Positions 11,089 to 22,581 of a stretch of 64,000 nucleotides of DNA are shown one piece after another; within the stretch, counting starts at the first letter, position 1; every line of letters starts with the position of its first letter. The notes under the pieces were generated by a model that was not told the DNA's origin, made no database searches, and saw nothing but the letters and a program-made list of their open reading frames with translations. Made by a program: the position numbers and the translations under genes. Location: positions 8,635 through 72,634 of the forward strand of contig JAPOHH010000003.1 in the NCBI GenBank assembly GCA_029979505.1. Reading direction: 5' to 3'. This DNA comes from a bacterium (GTDB lineage Bacteria > Pseudomonadota > Gammaproteobacteria > GCA-002705445 > GCA-002716945).

Positions 11089-11616
11089 ATGATTAAAGTA
11101 CATAGTATAGCTTTATCACCAATGAAAAAAGACAAAAGAATAAAAGAATTAGATGATTGGCTGAAAAAATCAACAGAAAAAGATTTTACTTCCCAAGATA
11201 AGACTCCCTTAAAGGAGTATAATTCTGAAATATTTGATTACGATTTTGATGAAATTGTATTAATTGATAATAACCCAGGTAAATTTGAATACAGAAGAAA
11301 TGGTGTGCAAGAATATGTCCTCAATAAACTTAAGAAAAAGAAATTATCAGAAATTTTTTATATCATTGATCTTCATGGCGATACAGTAAAAGAAGCAATA
11401 CTTAAACTTGATGATTTTTTTACAGATTCTTATATGAATAATATTGAGTATATTTGTGTGATATGCGGCAAAGGAATGAATAGTATGGACAAGATACCTA
11501 AGATAAAAATTACAACACAAGCATATATAAAAAAATCAACAATAGTTAATGCAGCATGCACTGCTGACGATAAGGATGGGGGTATAGGTGTTATAAAAGT
11601 AAAACTAAAAAATTAA
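11089..11616 (+). CDS. Smr-domain protein (SmrB-like)
   Basis: C-terminal IIDLHGDTVKEAILKLDDF is a classic Smr motif. The upstream ATG at 10987 would overlap surE, so an internal start at 11089 or 11122 is more plausible. Start is uncertain. Confidence 0.5.
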   Translation: MIKVHSIALSPMKKDKRIKELDDWLKKSTEKDFTSQDKTPLKEYNSEIFDYDFDEIVLIDNNPGKFEYRRNGVQEYVLNKLKKKKLSEIFYIIDLHGDTVKEAILKLDDFFTDSYMNNIEYICVICGKGMNSMDKIPKIKITTQAYIKKSTIVNAACTADDKDGGIGVIKVKLKN

Positions 11617-12306
11617 TTCTTTTTCTTTATCATTTAGATAACGATACTCACCCTCTTTCATATTATCTAGCTGTATAAAAGAATATTTTAATCTATGAAG
11701 TTTCAAAGTCTGGATATTTAAATGAGATAAAGAATTTCTAATTTCTCTATTTTTACCTGTAGATAGAATTACTCTATAAAGATTGTCATCCACTAACGAT
11801 ATATGATCAAATTTTCCTGTTTCTCCATTGTTTATAGGAACGCCATCGAGTAATTTATTTATTTCAGTTTTCAACAGTTTCTTATTAGTCTGAAGAAGAT
11901 ACTCTCTTTTATACGAAGATGATGGATGCATGAGTTTATTAGCAAGGTTCCCGTCATTAGTGAATAATAGCAAGCCGGTAGTTTGAATGTCTAATCGACC
12001 AATATTTATCCATTTGCCATCAACATCTGGAAGTTTATCAAAAACTGTAACTGAATTATGTGGATCACTTCTGCTTACTACCTCACCTAAAGGTTTAAAG
12101 TATTTTAGTACCTGAATTTTCTTTTCAGAGAGATTTGGAATAGTGATGATTTTATCATTTATCTTAATTATGTCTCCTTCGCTCCATTTATCACCAATTT
12201 GTGCTATAGAGTTATTAATTTTAATCTTCTTATTTTCAATAAGTTTTTCAGCAGTTCTTCTGGAACAATACCCTATTAGTGAAAGTAGTTTTTGAAGTCT
12301 ATACAT
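11605..12306 (-). CDS. S4-domain pseudouridine synthase, RsuA/RluB family
   Basis: 233 aa. Catalytic GRLDIQTTGLLLFTNDG motif. The scpA-scpB-rluB neighbourhood is conserved in proteobacteria. Confidence 0.7.
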   Translation of the reverse strand: MYRLQKLLSLIGYCSRRTAEKLIENKKIKINNSIAQIGDKWSEGDIIKINDKIITIPNLSEKKIQVLKYFKPLGEVVSRSDPHNSVTVFDKLPDVDGKWINIGRLDIQTTGLLLFTNDGNLANKLMHPSSSYKREYLLQTNKKLLKTEINKLLDGVPINNGETGKFDHISLVDDNLYRVILSTGKNREIRNSLSHLNIQTLKLHRLKYSFIQLDNMKEGEYRYLNDKEKELIF

Positions 12307-12336
12307 ATACTTGATAATTGATTATATTACTTAGTA

Positions 12337-12837
12337 GTGAAAAAATTAAACATAACGATTATTATTGTATCTGATACAAGAACACATGAAACAGATAAAT
12401 CAGGAAAAAAGCTTGTAGAAATGATTACTGATGAAGGGCATGTGATTGTTAAAAAAACTATTGTAAAAGATAATATATATGAAATCCGAAAGACTGCTTC
12501 AGATTATATTTTAGACAGTGAAATTGATGTAATAATACTCAGCGGCGGAACAGGTATTACAGGCTCTGATGGAACACCAGAGGCTATTGAGCCTTTACTT
12601 GATAAAAAAATTGATGGATTTGGTGAGATATTCAGATTAAAGTCATATGACAAAATAAAAACATCATCATTACAATCCAGAGCAATCGCTGGTGTTGCAA
12701 ATAAAACGTTTATTTTTGTTTTGCCTGGTTCCCTTGATGCTTGCAAAACAGCTTGGAAAGAAGTAATAAGTCATCAGCTAAATAGTGATACTAAGCCATG
12801 TAACTTAGTCATGTTAATGCCTCGATTGAAAGAATAG
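12337..12837 (+). CDS. mog: molybdopterin adenylyltransferase MogA/MoaB family
   Basis: 166 aa. MoCF-biosynthesis fold with SGGTGITGSDGTPEA. Confidence 0.7.
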   Translation: MKKLNITIIIVSDTRTHETDKSGKKLVEMITDEGHVIVKKTIVKDNIYEIRKTASDYILDSEIDVIILSGGTGITGSDGTPEAIEPLLDKKIDGFGEIFRLKSYDKIKTSSLQSRAIAGVANKTFIFVLPGSLDACKTAWKEVISHQLNSDTKPCNLVMLMPRLKE

Positions 12838-13359
12838 CTATATACTATCAACGTCTGATATTTCAGGAAGATCAGAAAGTTTATTCTTATTAAAGTAATC
12901 TAAAAACTTAGTTGTTGTACCAAATAATTCTGGCTTTCCTGGAGATTCTTTGTGACCAACGACCTTTATCCATTCAAGCTCGATAAGAGTTCTTATGATG
13001 TTTGAATTTACTGCTATTCCTCTTATCTCCTCGATATCACCACGAGTTACTGGCTGCTTATATGCAATAATTGCAATAGTTTCTAAAAAAGCTTTAGAGA
13101 ACTTATTTGTTCCTTTATCTTTGAGTTTCGCTATATATCCTTCGAGTCCATTTTTTGCCTGATATCTATAGCCGCTAGCCACTTTACTAATGTGAATTGC
13201 TTTATTTTTATATTCTTGATTAAGATTATCGATAGCTTTTTCTATTTGTTTTTTACTAATAGAATTATCATCAAGAATCTTTATTATATTTATCAATGAT
13301 AAAGGTTCGTCACTCACAAGCAGTAAACATTCAATTGTATTTTCAAGAGTATATTTCAT
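12838..13359 (-). CDS. scpB: segregation and condensation protein B
   Basis: 173 aa winged-helix protein immediately downstream of scpA. Confidence 0.8.
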   Translation of the reverse strand: MKYTLENTIECLLLVSDEPLSLINIIKILDDNSISKKQIEKAIDNLNQEYKNKAIHISKVASGYRYQAKNGLEGYIAKLKDKGTNKFSKAFLETIAIIAYKQPVTRGDIEEIRGIAVNSNIIRTLIELEWIKVVGHKESPGKPELFGTTTKFLDYFNKNKLSDLPEISDVDSI

Positions 13360-14216
13360 TATTTAATAGTTATATAAATCTTTGACATTGATTCGTTCTG
13401 AATTATGTCAACTAAAGATTCTTTAACAAGCTCTAATAAAGCTAGAAAAGTTACTATAACACCTAATCTTCCTTCTTCCATATTAAATAATTTGATAAAT
13501 TCTATATTTTCTTTACCTTCAAGCTTTGATAGGATTGATGTCATCCTTTCTCTAACAGATAAGGTCTCAGCTATTATATTATGAGTTGAGAATATTTCAG
13601 CTCTCTTCAAAACATCAGCAAAAGCATTCTTAAGCTGATCAATTTTAATATCTGGCACCTCAATAATTTTAGATTTCTTTACATCAATTGCGTTAGATAC
13701 AACGAAAAAATCTCTATAGTTTCTTGACATGTCATCAATCTGCTCAGATGCGTTTTTGTATTTCTGGTATTCTAACAATCGTTTAATTAAATTTGCACGC
13801 GGATCTTCTTCCTCTTCAGATTCTGATTCAACAGGTAGTAAGAGTTTAGATTTAATTTCTGCAAGAGTTGAAGCCATTACTAAATAGTCAGCTGCAAGTT
13901 CAAATTGCATCTCTTCCATAATTGATATGTATTGCATATACTGCTCAGTAATTGGTAAAATAGGTAAATCAGTGATATCTATGTTCTGTTTTTTGATTAG
14001 ATACAAAAGCAAATCTAAAGGACCTTCAAATTCTTCTAAAATTACACGTAAATGCTCTGGTGGTATAAATAAATCTTCAGGTATGTCAGAAATAGTTTTA
14101 CCGTTATATATTGCGGTTATATTATTCAAAATTAAATCCCATAATTTTATTAACATCATTGATTGTTTTGTTCGCTCTATCAGATGCTTTTGCAGAGCCC
14201 ATTCTAAGAATTTCAT
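13359..14216 (-). CDS. scpA: segregation and condensation protein A (kleisin)
   Basis: FEGPLDLLLYLIKKQNIDITDLPILPITEQY is the conserved ScpA N-motif. The annotated ATG overlaps the trpS 3' end by 95 nt, so the true start is probably downstream near 14159. Confidence 0.75.
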   Translation of the reverse strand: MKFLEWALQKHLIERTKQSMMLIKLWDLILNNITAIYNGKTISDIPEDLFIPPEHLRVILEEFEGPLDLLLYLIKKQNIDITDLPILPITEQYMQYISIMEEMQFELAADYLVMASTLAEIKSKLLLPVESESEEEEDPRANLIKRLLEYQKYKNASEQIDDMSRNYRDFFVVSNAIDVKKSKIIEVPDIKIDQLKNAFADVLKRAEIFSTHNIIAETLSVRERMTSILSKLEGKENIEFIKLFNMEEGRLGVIVTFLALLELVKESLVDIIQNESMSKIYITIK

Positions 14217-15126
14217 TTAAATAATTTGTATCTTGCTTAATTTTTTTTATCTCACTAGATATTGGCTCAATTAAACTGATAATGATATTTTTCATCTCGG
14301 ATTTAAAATATGAAATCTCTCTGTTTGCAAATATTTCTATCACTTTAGTTTTAGTTTGATTAGAGATAGAACTATAGATTGTAATGAGATTGTTAATTTC
14401 TGGTCTGTTCATTAGCTCGTCAGAAGATGTTGGCATATTCATGGAGTCAGATTTAGCTTTGTTGATTTTATTAGAAATATCGTCATTGGAATCGGTCAAG
14501 AGTATTCTAGAGTATTTAGATACATCTGATTTGCTCATTTTATTATTAGCATCTCTGAGACTCATAACTCGAGGTGCATCTTTATTTATAATCGGATCGG
14601 GAAGTTTAAAATATTGTTGATCGTAATCTGTATTAAATTTATGAGCAATATCTCTTGTTAATTCCAGATGCTGTTTTTGGTCGTCGCCGACAGGAACTTT
14701 ATTAGCACGATATAGTAGTATATCTGCAGCCATTAATACAGGATATGCATATAATCCAAGCGATGCATTATCACGATTTTTTCCTGCTTTATCTTTAAAT
14801 TGCGTCATTCTATTAAGCCATCCGACTCTAGCTGTACAACTAAGATACCAAGATAAAACGCTATGCTCTTTAACAGCTGATTGATTAAATAGAATACTTT
14901 TCTTGGGATCTAGCCCGCATGCTAAAAAAATTGCTAGCACACTATACACATTGGATCTTAATTCAGATGGATCTTGAAATACAGTTATTGCATGTTGGTC
15001 TACTATGCAAAAGATTGAGTCCGAGTCATTTTGTAAAGTAAGGAATTGCTTTATGGCACCAAGATAATTACCCAAATGAATTTCACCTGTAGGTTGAACG
15101 CCAGAAAAAACTATATCTTTAGACAT
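14122..15126 (-). CDS. trpS: tryptophanyl-tRNA synthetase
   Basis: 334 aa. HIGH motif TGEIHLGNY and KMSKS motif. Confidence 0.9.
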   Translation of the reverse strand: MSKDIVFSGVQPTGEIHLGNYLGAIKQFLTLQNDSDSIFCIVDQHAITVFQDPSELRSNVYSVLAIFLACGLDPKKSILFNQSAVKEHSVLSWYLSCTARVGWLNRMTQFKDKAGKNRDNASLGLYAYPVLMAADILLYRANKVPVGDDQKQHLELTRDIAHKFNTDYDQQYFKLPDPIINKDAPRVMSLRDANNKMSKSDVSKYSRILLTDSNDDISNKINKAKSDSMNMPTSSDELMNRPEINNLITIYSSISNQTKTKVIEIFANREISYFKSEMKNIIISLIEPISSEIKKIKQDTNYLNEILRMGSAKASDRANKTINDVNKIMGFNFE

Positions 15127-15215
15127 ATATAGAATGAATCATATACCAATATTTTAACATATTCATTAGATTAAGGTACTGTATAAATTTTGTTAATATT
15201 TAATTATAATAAAGC

Positions 15216-15482
15216 ATGAGTTTACAGAGAATTGAACTAATCAAAGAAGGATTAAAGAATCTCAATCCTACTAAGATTGAAATTGAAGATGAAGGTCATT
15301 TGCATGTAGGTCACGCTGGTGCAAAATCTGGTGGCCATTTCAAACTGTTTATAGTGTCTGAATCATTTAACGACTTAAGTCAAATTGACAGGCATAAGCT
15401 GATTTATAATACACTTAATGAGTTGATGAAAACAGAAATTCATGCGTTATCTATAAGTGCAAAAACACCGTCAGAGCTATAA
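15216..15482 (+). CDS. BolA-family protein
   Basis: 88 aa. The SGGHFKLFIVSESF...RHKLIYNTL...IHAL pattern matches the BolA/IbaG family. Confidence 0.7.
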   Translation: MSLQRIELIKEGLKNLNPTKIEIEDEGHLHVGHAGAKSGGHFKLFIVSESFNDLSQIDRHKLIYNTLNELMKTEIHALSISAKTPSEL

Positions 15483-15938
15483 TATCAACTTGAGCACATA
15501 AGCATCTTCTCGCCCATTGTCAGCTTCATAATATCCATGTCTAGTCCCAATAGTTTTAAAGTTTAGCTTATGATAGAGTGATTGTGCTTCAAAATTGTTC
15601 GCCCTTACCTCTAAAATTATATCTTCTGATTTTCTTATTTTCGCATCATTAATAACTATATTTATTAATGATTTTCCAATACCTTTTCTTCTAAAAGATT
15701 CATTCACTGTTAAGTTCAAAATATGAGTTTCAGGATAAGAAATTTTTGAGATTACATAACCTACTAGTTTATTATCAAAAAAAACAGAGAAAGAATCATA
15801 GTTGTACATGATACAGTCTCTTAAAATTTCTTTAGTCCATGGAAAGGAGTATGAAGCAAGCTCAAGCTTGTAAACATCATCCAAGTCATTGATTGTCATT
15901 GGTATTATATTATATATATCTGATTTTCTAGCTGACAT
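15477..15938 (-). CDS. rimI: GNAT N-acetyltransferase, RimI-like
   Basis: 153 aa. Acetyl-CoA-binding RRKGIGKSL motif. Size and context fit a ribosomal-protein alanine acetyltransferase. Confidence 0.55.
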   Translation of the reverse strand: MSARKSDIYNIIPMTINDLDDVYKLELASYSFPWTKEILRDCIMYNYDSFSVFFDNKLVGYVISKISYPETHILNLTVNESFRRKGIGKSLINIVINDAKIRKSEDIILEVRANNFEAQSLYHKLNFKTIGTRHGYYEADNGREDAYVLKLIL

Positions 15939-16569
15939 TAATATTTTCTCTCATAAATAGTATATCTTCCCAAACTTTCTTTTTCTCGCCAGGACTTCTC
16001 AGAAGATATGCAGGATGATAGAAAACTAAAGTTGGAATAGCAGTATCTTTATAATAATGTATCTTTGTTCTCAAAAATGACATAGGTTCAGATGTATTTA
16101 AAATTCTTTCTGCTGCAATTTTTCCAAGCAGAATAATCACCTTCGGTGATATCAGACTAATTTGTTTATCTAAAAAATTCGAACATGATGATATTTCTTC
16201 ACTGTTCGGATTTCTATTTTCAGGTGGGCGGCATTTCACTGTATTAGTAATATATACATCATCCCTTGAAAGATTCATTGAAAAAAGAATTTCTGTGAGT
16301 AACTTACCTGCTCTTCCAATAAATGGTTCACCTGTTAAATCTTCCTCTTTGCCCGGCGCTTCACCAATTATAAATATATCTGCCTTTTCGTTTCCTTTGC
16401 CAAATACAACATTATTTCTATCATAAGCGAGTTGACATTTTTGACAATTATTAGCCTCAAGCCTCAAGTCATGAAAACTTTGTTGGTTATTTTCAGTTAT
16501 ATAATTAGTTTTTAACCATGATGTGTCTATATTCATTAGAGTAAGTAACTCTTTTTTTCTAGACATCAT
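15928..16569 (-). CDS. uracil-DNA glycosylase, family 4
   Basis: 213 aa. GEAPGKEED...GEPFIGRAGKLL is the family-4 UDG signature. Confidence 0.75.
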   Translation of the reverse strand: MMSRKKELLTLMNIDTSWLKTNYITENNQQSFHDLRLEANNCQKCQLAYDRNNVVFGKGNEKADIFIIGEAPGKEEDLTGEPFIGRAGKLLTEILFSMNLSRDDVYITNTVKCRPPENRNPNSEEISSCSNFLDKQISLISPKVIILLGKIAAERILNTSEPMSFLRTKIHYYKDTAIPTLVFYHPAYLLRSPGEKKKVWEDILFMRENINVS

Positions 16570-18110
16570 ATACCTGATAATTTTTTTGATTCAAGATTAG
16601 GGTTTTGAGATATCTTATTGATGGCATTTAAATAAGCAAGAACAGATGCTTTAACAATGTCAGTATCAGCACCATGACCATTGACTATAACATCGTCTTT
16701 CACAACCCTTACTGTAACTTCTCCTTGAGCATCAGTCCCTGATGTAATGTTGTTAACAGAATAAAGTTTAAGGTCTACATTAAAATCTATTAGATTATTA
16801 ATTGCATTATATGCAGCGTCTACAGCTCCATCACCTTCGGAATCTGATTCAAACTCTTCACCTTTTATGTTTAATTTTATTTTTGCGAAAGGTTTTTTTC
16901 TAGAATCGGATGTCACAGACATCTCAATGAGTTGGATATCTTCTCCTGATAATTGTATATTATTTGATAATCTAATAATATCTTCGTCATAAATTTCATG
17001 TTTTTTGTCAGCAAGCTCTTTGAATCTAATAAAGAGATCATTAAATGAATCCTCAGATTCTGATAGAATATTGAGTTGATGCATTTTCTGCTTTAAAGCA
17101 TTTCTTCCAGAATGCTTCCCAAGAACTAACGAATTGCTTACTAACCCTATATCTTCTGCTTTCATTATTTCATAGGTTTCTCTGGACTTAATAATACCGT
17201 CTTGATGTATGCCTGATTCATGTGCGAAAGCATTTTTTCCTACTATGGCTTTGTTAGGTTGAACTGGAAATCCTGTAATACTTGAGACTAGTCTAGAACA
17301 ATTCATAATTTTCTTTGTGTCAATTCTGGTATCACAAGAGAATACATCCCTTCGAGTTTTTACAGTCATTACAATTTCTTCTAAGGCTGCATTTCCAGCT
17401 CTTTCGCCAAGGCCATTAATTGTGCACTCTACCTGTCTAGCTCCATGAAGTACAGAAGACAATGAATTAGATACCGCAAGTCCTAAGTCATTATGACAAT
17501 GAACTGAGAATATAGCCTGACTTGAGTTTGGAACATTAGCAATAATTTTCGCAATTAACTCACCAAATTGATGCGGCATATTATAGCCAACTGTATCTGG
17601 AATATTAATTGTCGTTGCTCCAGCATTAATTACTTGTTCTATGATGTTGCATAGAAATTTAAAATCGGACCTTCCTGCATCTTCTGGAGAAAATTCTACG
17701 TCCTCTGCGTTATCCTTTGCAATAGTTACTGCCTTCACTGCATTTTCGATAACTTGCTCAGGTGTCATTTTTAACTTCATCTCCATATGGATAGGAGATG
17801 TTGCGATAAATGTATGTATTCGAGAGTATTTAGCACCTTTCAAAGCATCTGCAGCTCTTAAGATGTCTTTATCTAATGCTCTTGCTAATGCACATATTCT
17901 TGAATTTTTAATAGTATTCGCAATTTCTTGTACTGCTGTGAAATCACCTTTGCTAGCAATTGGAAAGCCGGCTTCAATAACATCAACATTTAAATCACTA
18001 AGTGCATTTGCAATTTGGATTTTTTCCTCAATATCCATTGACGCACCAGGACTCTGTTCTCCGTCTCTGAGTGTAGTATCGAATATTATTAAATTATTAT
18101 TATCGCTCAT
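16566..18110 (-). CDS. leuA: 2-isopropylmalate synthase
   Basis: 514 aa. N-terminal LRDGEQSPG motif, HxH metal site and a C-terminal regulatory domain. Confidence 0.9.
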   Translation of the reverse strand: MSDNNNLIIFDTTLRDGEQSPGASMDIEEKIQIANALSDLNVDVIEAGFPIASKGDFTAVQEIANTIKNSRICALARALDKDILRAADALKGAKYSRIHTFIATSPIHMEMKLKMTPEQVIENAVKAVTIAKDNAEDVEFSPEDAGRSDFKFLCNIIEQVINAGATTINIPDTVGYNMPHQFGELIAKIIANVPNSSQAIFSVHCHNDLGLAVSNSLSSVLHGARQVECTINGLGERAGNAALEEIVMTVKTRRDVFSCDTRIDTKKIMNCSRLVSSITGFPVQPNKAIVGKNAFAHESGIHQDGIIKSRETYEIMKAEDIGLVSNSLVLGKHSGRNALKQKMHQLNILSESEDSFNDLFIRFKELADKKHEIYDEDIIRLSNNIQLSGEDIQLIEMSVTSDSRKKPFAKIKLNIKGEEFESDSEGDGAVDAAYNAINNLIDFNVDLKLYSVNNITSGTDAQGEVTVRVVKDDVIVNGHGADTDIVKASVLAYLNAINKISQNPNLESKKLSGI

Positions 18111-18201
18111 TTTTCAAGATCCCAAGTATAATGAAGTCTCACGAAGCATTATAACCTAACATAAAGAAGGTAGTATAAAAAAATACGTTAATGTAATCGT
18201 G

Positions 18202-18975
18202 TTAACGATTATTTTTTGATGATAAATCCTGATCGGTAAAACGATTTCGCCTCATTTTTCTTACAACATATAATGACGGGCCTGATAGTCCATACAAGAG
18301 AAAGAAAATAAATAACACTTTTGGCGGATCAAAAGATATAAAAGATATGATAAGAGAAATAGCAAAAAGAGCTAAGTGAGGGACTTTTTGTTTAAGATCT
18401 ATATCTTTAAAGCTTATGTATGCGATGTTACTAATCATTAAGATAGATAGAGACACTATTAATATAATAGTTAGTATAATATGAGATGAGATATCAATAC
18501 CTAAATCTACCATCAGCCAAACATAACATATCAATATTGCTGCTGCTGCTGGACTCGCAAGACCCATAAAATATTTCTTGTCTGTTGTTTGATTTCTTGA
18601 ATTAAATCTAGCTAATCTTATGGCTGTTGATGCTATATATATAAAACATGCAATATATGCAATCTTGGCAACATACCCGGAAGAAAACATCGCTAAACTA
18701 GATAGGTATACCAAAAGAGAAGGGGCTACACCAAAACAAAGCATGTCAGATAAACTATCAAAATATTCACCAAAAGTTGTCTGTGTATTGGTCATACGCG
18801 CTACCCTTCCATCCAAACCATCAAGAACCATGGCAATCAAGATATATATAGAAGCCTGAATGAAGTCGCCTTTAATAGCTACAATTATAGAGTAAAAGCC
18901 ACAAAATAATGCTCCAGACGTTACTAGGTTAGGAAGTAAATACACTCCTGGCAATTTATTTTTCCTCTTTACCAA
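18202..18975 (-). CDS. pssA: CDP-diacylglycerol--serine O-phosphatidyltransferase (CDP-alcohol transferase type)
   Basis: 257 aa membrane protein. DGLDGRVAR...G...D...D CDP-alcohol phosphatidyltransferase motif. Confidence 0.8.
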   Translation of the reverse strand: MVKRKNKLPGVYLLPNLVTSGALFCGFYSIIVAIKGDFIQASIYILIAMVLDGLDGRVARMTNTQTTFGEYFDSLSDMLCFGVAPSLLVYLSSLAMFSSGYVAKIAYIACFIYIASTAIRLARFNSRNQTTDKKYFMGLASPAAAAILICYVWLMVDLGIDISSHIILTIILIVSLSILMISNIAYISFKDIDLKQKVPHLALFAISLIISFISFDPPKVLFIFFLLYGLSGPSLYVVRKMRRNRFTDQDLSSKNNR

Positions 18976-19995
<1,020 letters not shown>

Positions 19996-20505
19996 CTATT
20001 TTTTAATTTCTAATGATTCAGATCCTCTACTGATACCCAAAGCACCTGATCTTACCTGTTCAATTATTTTTATTTTTCCTAATGAGTCTATAAAAGCAAG
20101 AATTTTTTCAGTTGGTCCTGTAAGTTCAATTGTATATGTTGTATCTGTTACATCAATAATTCTAGCCCTAAATATATCAGTAAGTCTTTTAAGCTCATCT
20201 CTTTGCTTTAAGGTTGATTTTACTTTCAAGAGTAACATCTCTCTTTCTATATGGGTCTCATCTGTTAAATCTTTTACATTTATTACGTCGACTAATTTAT
20301 CCAACTGTTTCATCAATTGAGATGCTTTAGTATCGGAACAATTCGTTACTAACGTCATTCTAGAAATTGAATCATCGGAGGTAGGTGCAACGCTTAGACA
20401 GTGGATGTTATATCCTCTAGCAGAGAATAATCCTGCTATTCTTGATAATGAGCCAAACTCATTCTCAACAAGTATAGATATGATATGTCTCTTATCTATA
20501 TTCAT
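19996..20505 (-). CDS. ilvH: acetolactate synthase small (regulatory) subunit
   Basis: 169 aa ACT-domain protein immediately downstream of the large subunit. Confidence 0.85.
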   Translation of the reverse strand: MNIDKRHIISILVENEFGSLSRIAGLFSARGYNIHCLSVAPTSDDSISRMTLVTNCSDTKASQLMKQLDKLVDVINVKDLTDETHIEREMLLLKVKSTLKQRDELKRLTDIFRARIIDVTDTTYTIELTGPTEKILAFIDSLGKIKIIEQVRSGALGISRGSESLEIKK

Positions 20506-22244
20506 GCTAATTCAATATCTTCATTTGCTGAAGGCGCAAGATGCATCTCATGGTGGCCTTTACCATTTACAATCATTGGATAAACATTTTCAGTTTGATC
20601 TGTGATGACATCAACAAATACTAATCTGTTTTTGTAACCCAATGCCGTTGTTAAGTCTTTTTCTAAATTCTCGGGCTTATCAATAACCATTCCAATGTGA
20701 CCAAAGCTCTCTGCTAACTTAGCAAAATCTGGAATAGCATCCATGTAAGACATTGCGTATCTGCCTTCATAGAAAAACTCCTGCCATTGTCTTACCATTC
20801 CCATGTATCTGTTATTTAGATTAATCACTTTCACTGGAAGACCGTATTGCAAGCAAGTAGATAACTCTTGAATACACATTAGTATACTCGCTTCACCTGT
20901 AACACAAATAACTTGCTCTTTAGGAAAAGCTAATTGCGCACCTATAGCTGCAGGTAGACCAAAACCCATTGTTCCTAAACCACCAGAATTTATCCATCTA
21001 TTTGGCTTATCAAATTTGTAATACTGAGCAACCCACATTTGATGTTGTCCGACATCGGAAGTAACAAAAGACTTCCCTTTAGATATTTTATGTAGGGTTT
21101 CTATTACAGCCTGTGGTTTAATTACTTTAGAAGATTTACTATAAGATAAACATTTTTTCTTTTGCCAAGAATTAATTTTCTTCCACCATTTGTTAATTGC
21201 TTCCCTATCAATCGTTTTTTTATGCTTTTCAGTATAAGTGATAAGTTTTTTGAGAATTTTCTTTGTATTTCCAATCAAAGAATGATCAACTTCAATAATT
21301 TTAGATATAGATGACGGGTCAATGTCTATATGTATTATTTTAGCTTTAGGACAAAATTGTTTTGTATCACCGGTAACCCTATCATCGAATCTAGCTCCCA
21401 CCGCTAAAAGGACATCACAATTATGCATGGCCATATTTGCTTCATATGTTCCGTGCATACCTAACATTCCAAGAAACTGTGAATCAGATGATGGATAAGC
21501 CCCCAAACCCATTAAAGTATTTGTGATTGGAAAATTCAATAACTTTGTAAGCTTTGTAAGTTCTGTACTAGCTTTACCAAGTACAACTCCACCTCCAGAA
21601 TAAATCATTGGTTTCTTCGCAGAGCAAATTAATTTAGCAGCATCTTGAATTTTATCTTCACACTCATTGGTCTTAACTTTATATGATCTAATTTTTATAT
21701 TTTTTTTGTATTCAAAATTGATTTTTATGTTTGGATCCGTTAAATCTTTTGGAATATCTATTATAACGGGTCCAGGTCTTCCTGTTGTTGCTATTATAAA
21801 AGCCTTCCTAAAAGTTTCTGCAATTGACTCTCTGTCATTGATAAGAAAGTTATGTTTGCATATTGGCCTTGTTATACCTGTGGCATCTGCCTCTTGAAAA
21901 GCATCACTTCCAACATAATGTCTAGACACTTGTCCTGAAATTACAATCATTGGAATAGAATCCATATGAGCAGTTGCAATACCAGTTACACAATTAGTTA
22001 TGCCGGGGCCAGATGTTACTAAAACAACACCAGGTTTATTGCAAGCTCTTGCATAACCGTCTGCAGCATGAGTAGCACCCTGCTCATGTCTTACTAAGAC
22101 ATGCTTGATATCCTTGGCTGCGAATAACGCATCATATATATGTAATACTGCACCACCAGGATACCCAAAAATATAATCAACCCCTTCTTTTTTAAGAGAT
22201 TCAATAATTATTTCTGAACCACTAAGTTTCATTCCCCGTCTCAT
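20502..22244 (-). CDS. ilvI: acetolactate synthase large subunit
   Basis: 580 aa ThDP enzyme with GYPGGA motif. Overlaps the ilvH start by 4 nt. Confidence 0.9.
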   Translation of the reverse strand: MRRGMKLSGSEIIIESLKKEGVDYIFGYPGGAVLHIYDALFAAKDIKHVLVRHEQGATHAADGYARACNKPGVVLVTSGPGITNCVTGIATAHMDSIPMIVISGQVSRHYVGSDAFQEADATGITRPICKHNFLINDRESIAETFRKAFIIATTGRPGPVIIDIPKDLTDPNIKINFEYKKNIKIRSYKVKTNECEDKIQDAAKLICSAKKPMIYSGGGVVLGKASTELTKLTKLLNFPITNTLMGLGAYPSSDSQFLGMLGMHGTYEANMAMHNCDVLLAVGARFDDRVTGDTKQFCPKAKIIHIDIDPSSISKIIEVDHSLIGNTKKILKKLITYTEKHKKTIDREAINKWWKKINSWQKKKCLSYSKSSKVIKPQAVIETLHKISKGKSFVTSDVGQHQMWVAQYYKFDKPNRWINSGGLGTMGFGLPAAIGAQLAFPKEQVICVTGEASILMCIQELSTCLQYGLPVKVINLNNRYMGMVRQWQEFFYEGRYAMSYMDAIPDFAKLAESFGHIGMVIDKPENLEKDLTTALGYKNRLVFVDVITDQTENVYPMIVNGKGHHEMHLAPSANEDIELA

Positions 22245-22255
22245 GCAAATTGAAT

Positions 22256-22486
22256 TTAATTCTTTTTAATCAAAAAATAGAATTTATTATCCTTAGATTC
22301 TGATGATAGTAGTTCATTGCCAGTTTGACTAGCAAATGATTCAAAATCCATCACAGCTCCTGGGTCTGTAGAAATTACATGAAGAACTTGGCCTGTCTCC
22401 ATAGTATTAATTTCTTTTTTTGCTTTAATGATAGGCAATGGACAATTTAATCCGCTTGTATCTAGTTCTTTTGTAAATTCACTCAT
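22256..22486 (-). CDS. TusA-like sulfurtransferase
   Basis: 76 aa. LNCPLPIIKAK carries the conserved CPxP active-site motif of the TusA/YeeD family. Confidence 0.7.
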   Translation of the reverse strand: MSEFTKELDTSGLNCPLPIIKAKKEINTMETGQVLHVISTDPGAVMDFESFASQTGNELLSSESKDNKFYFLIKKN

Positions 22487-22581
22487 TATCTTACACCTCT
22501 TGAGTTATAATAATATATTGCAAACTATATTAGTACATTTAGATAATTTAATATAGAAAAACATACGTCAGACAGGTATAA

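Noticed and set aside
14160-14216. First 19 codons of the scpA ORF overlapping the trpS C-terminus
   Set aside because: A 95-nt same-strand overlap is implausible. ScpA homologs start about 10-25 residues before the FEGPLDLL motif, so a downstream start is preferred.
17641-18159. 172-aa plus-strand ORF antisense to leuA
   Set aside because: Lies entirely inside the well-supported leuA gene on the opposite strand. Long antisense frames are expected in conserved, relatively GC-richer genes. No recognisable protein features.
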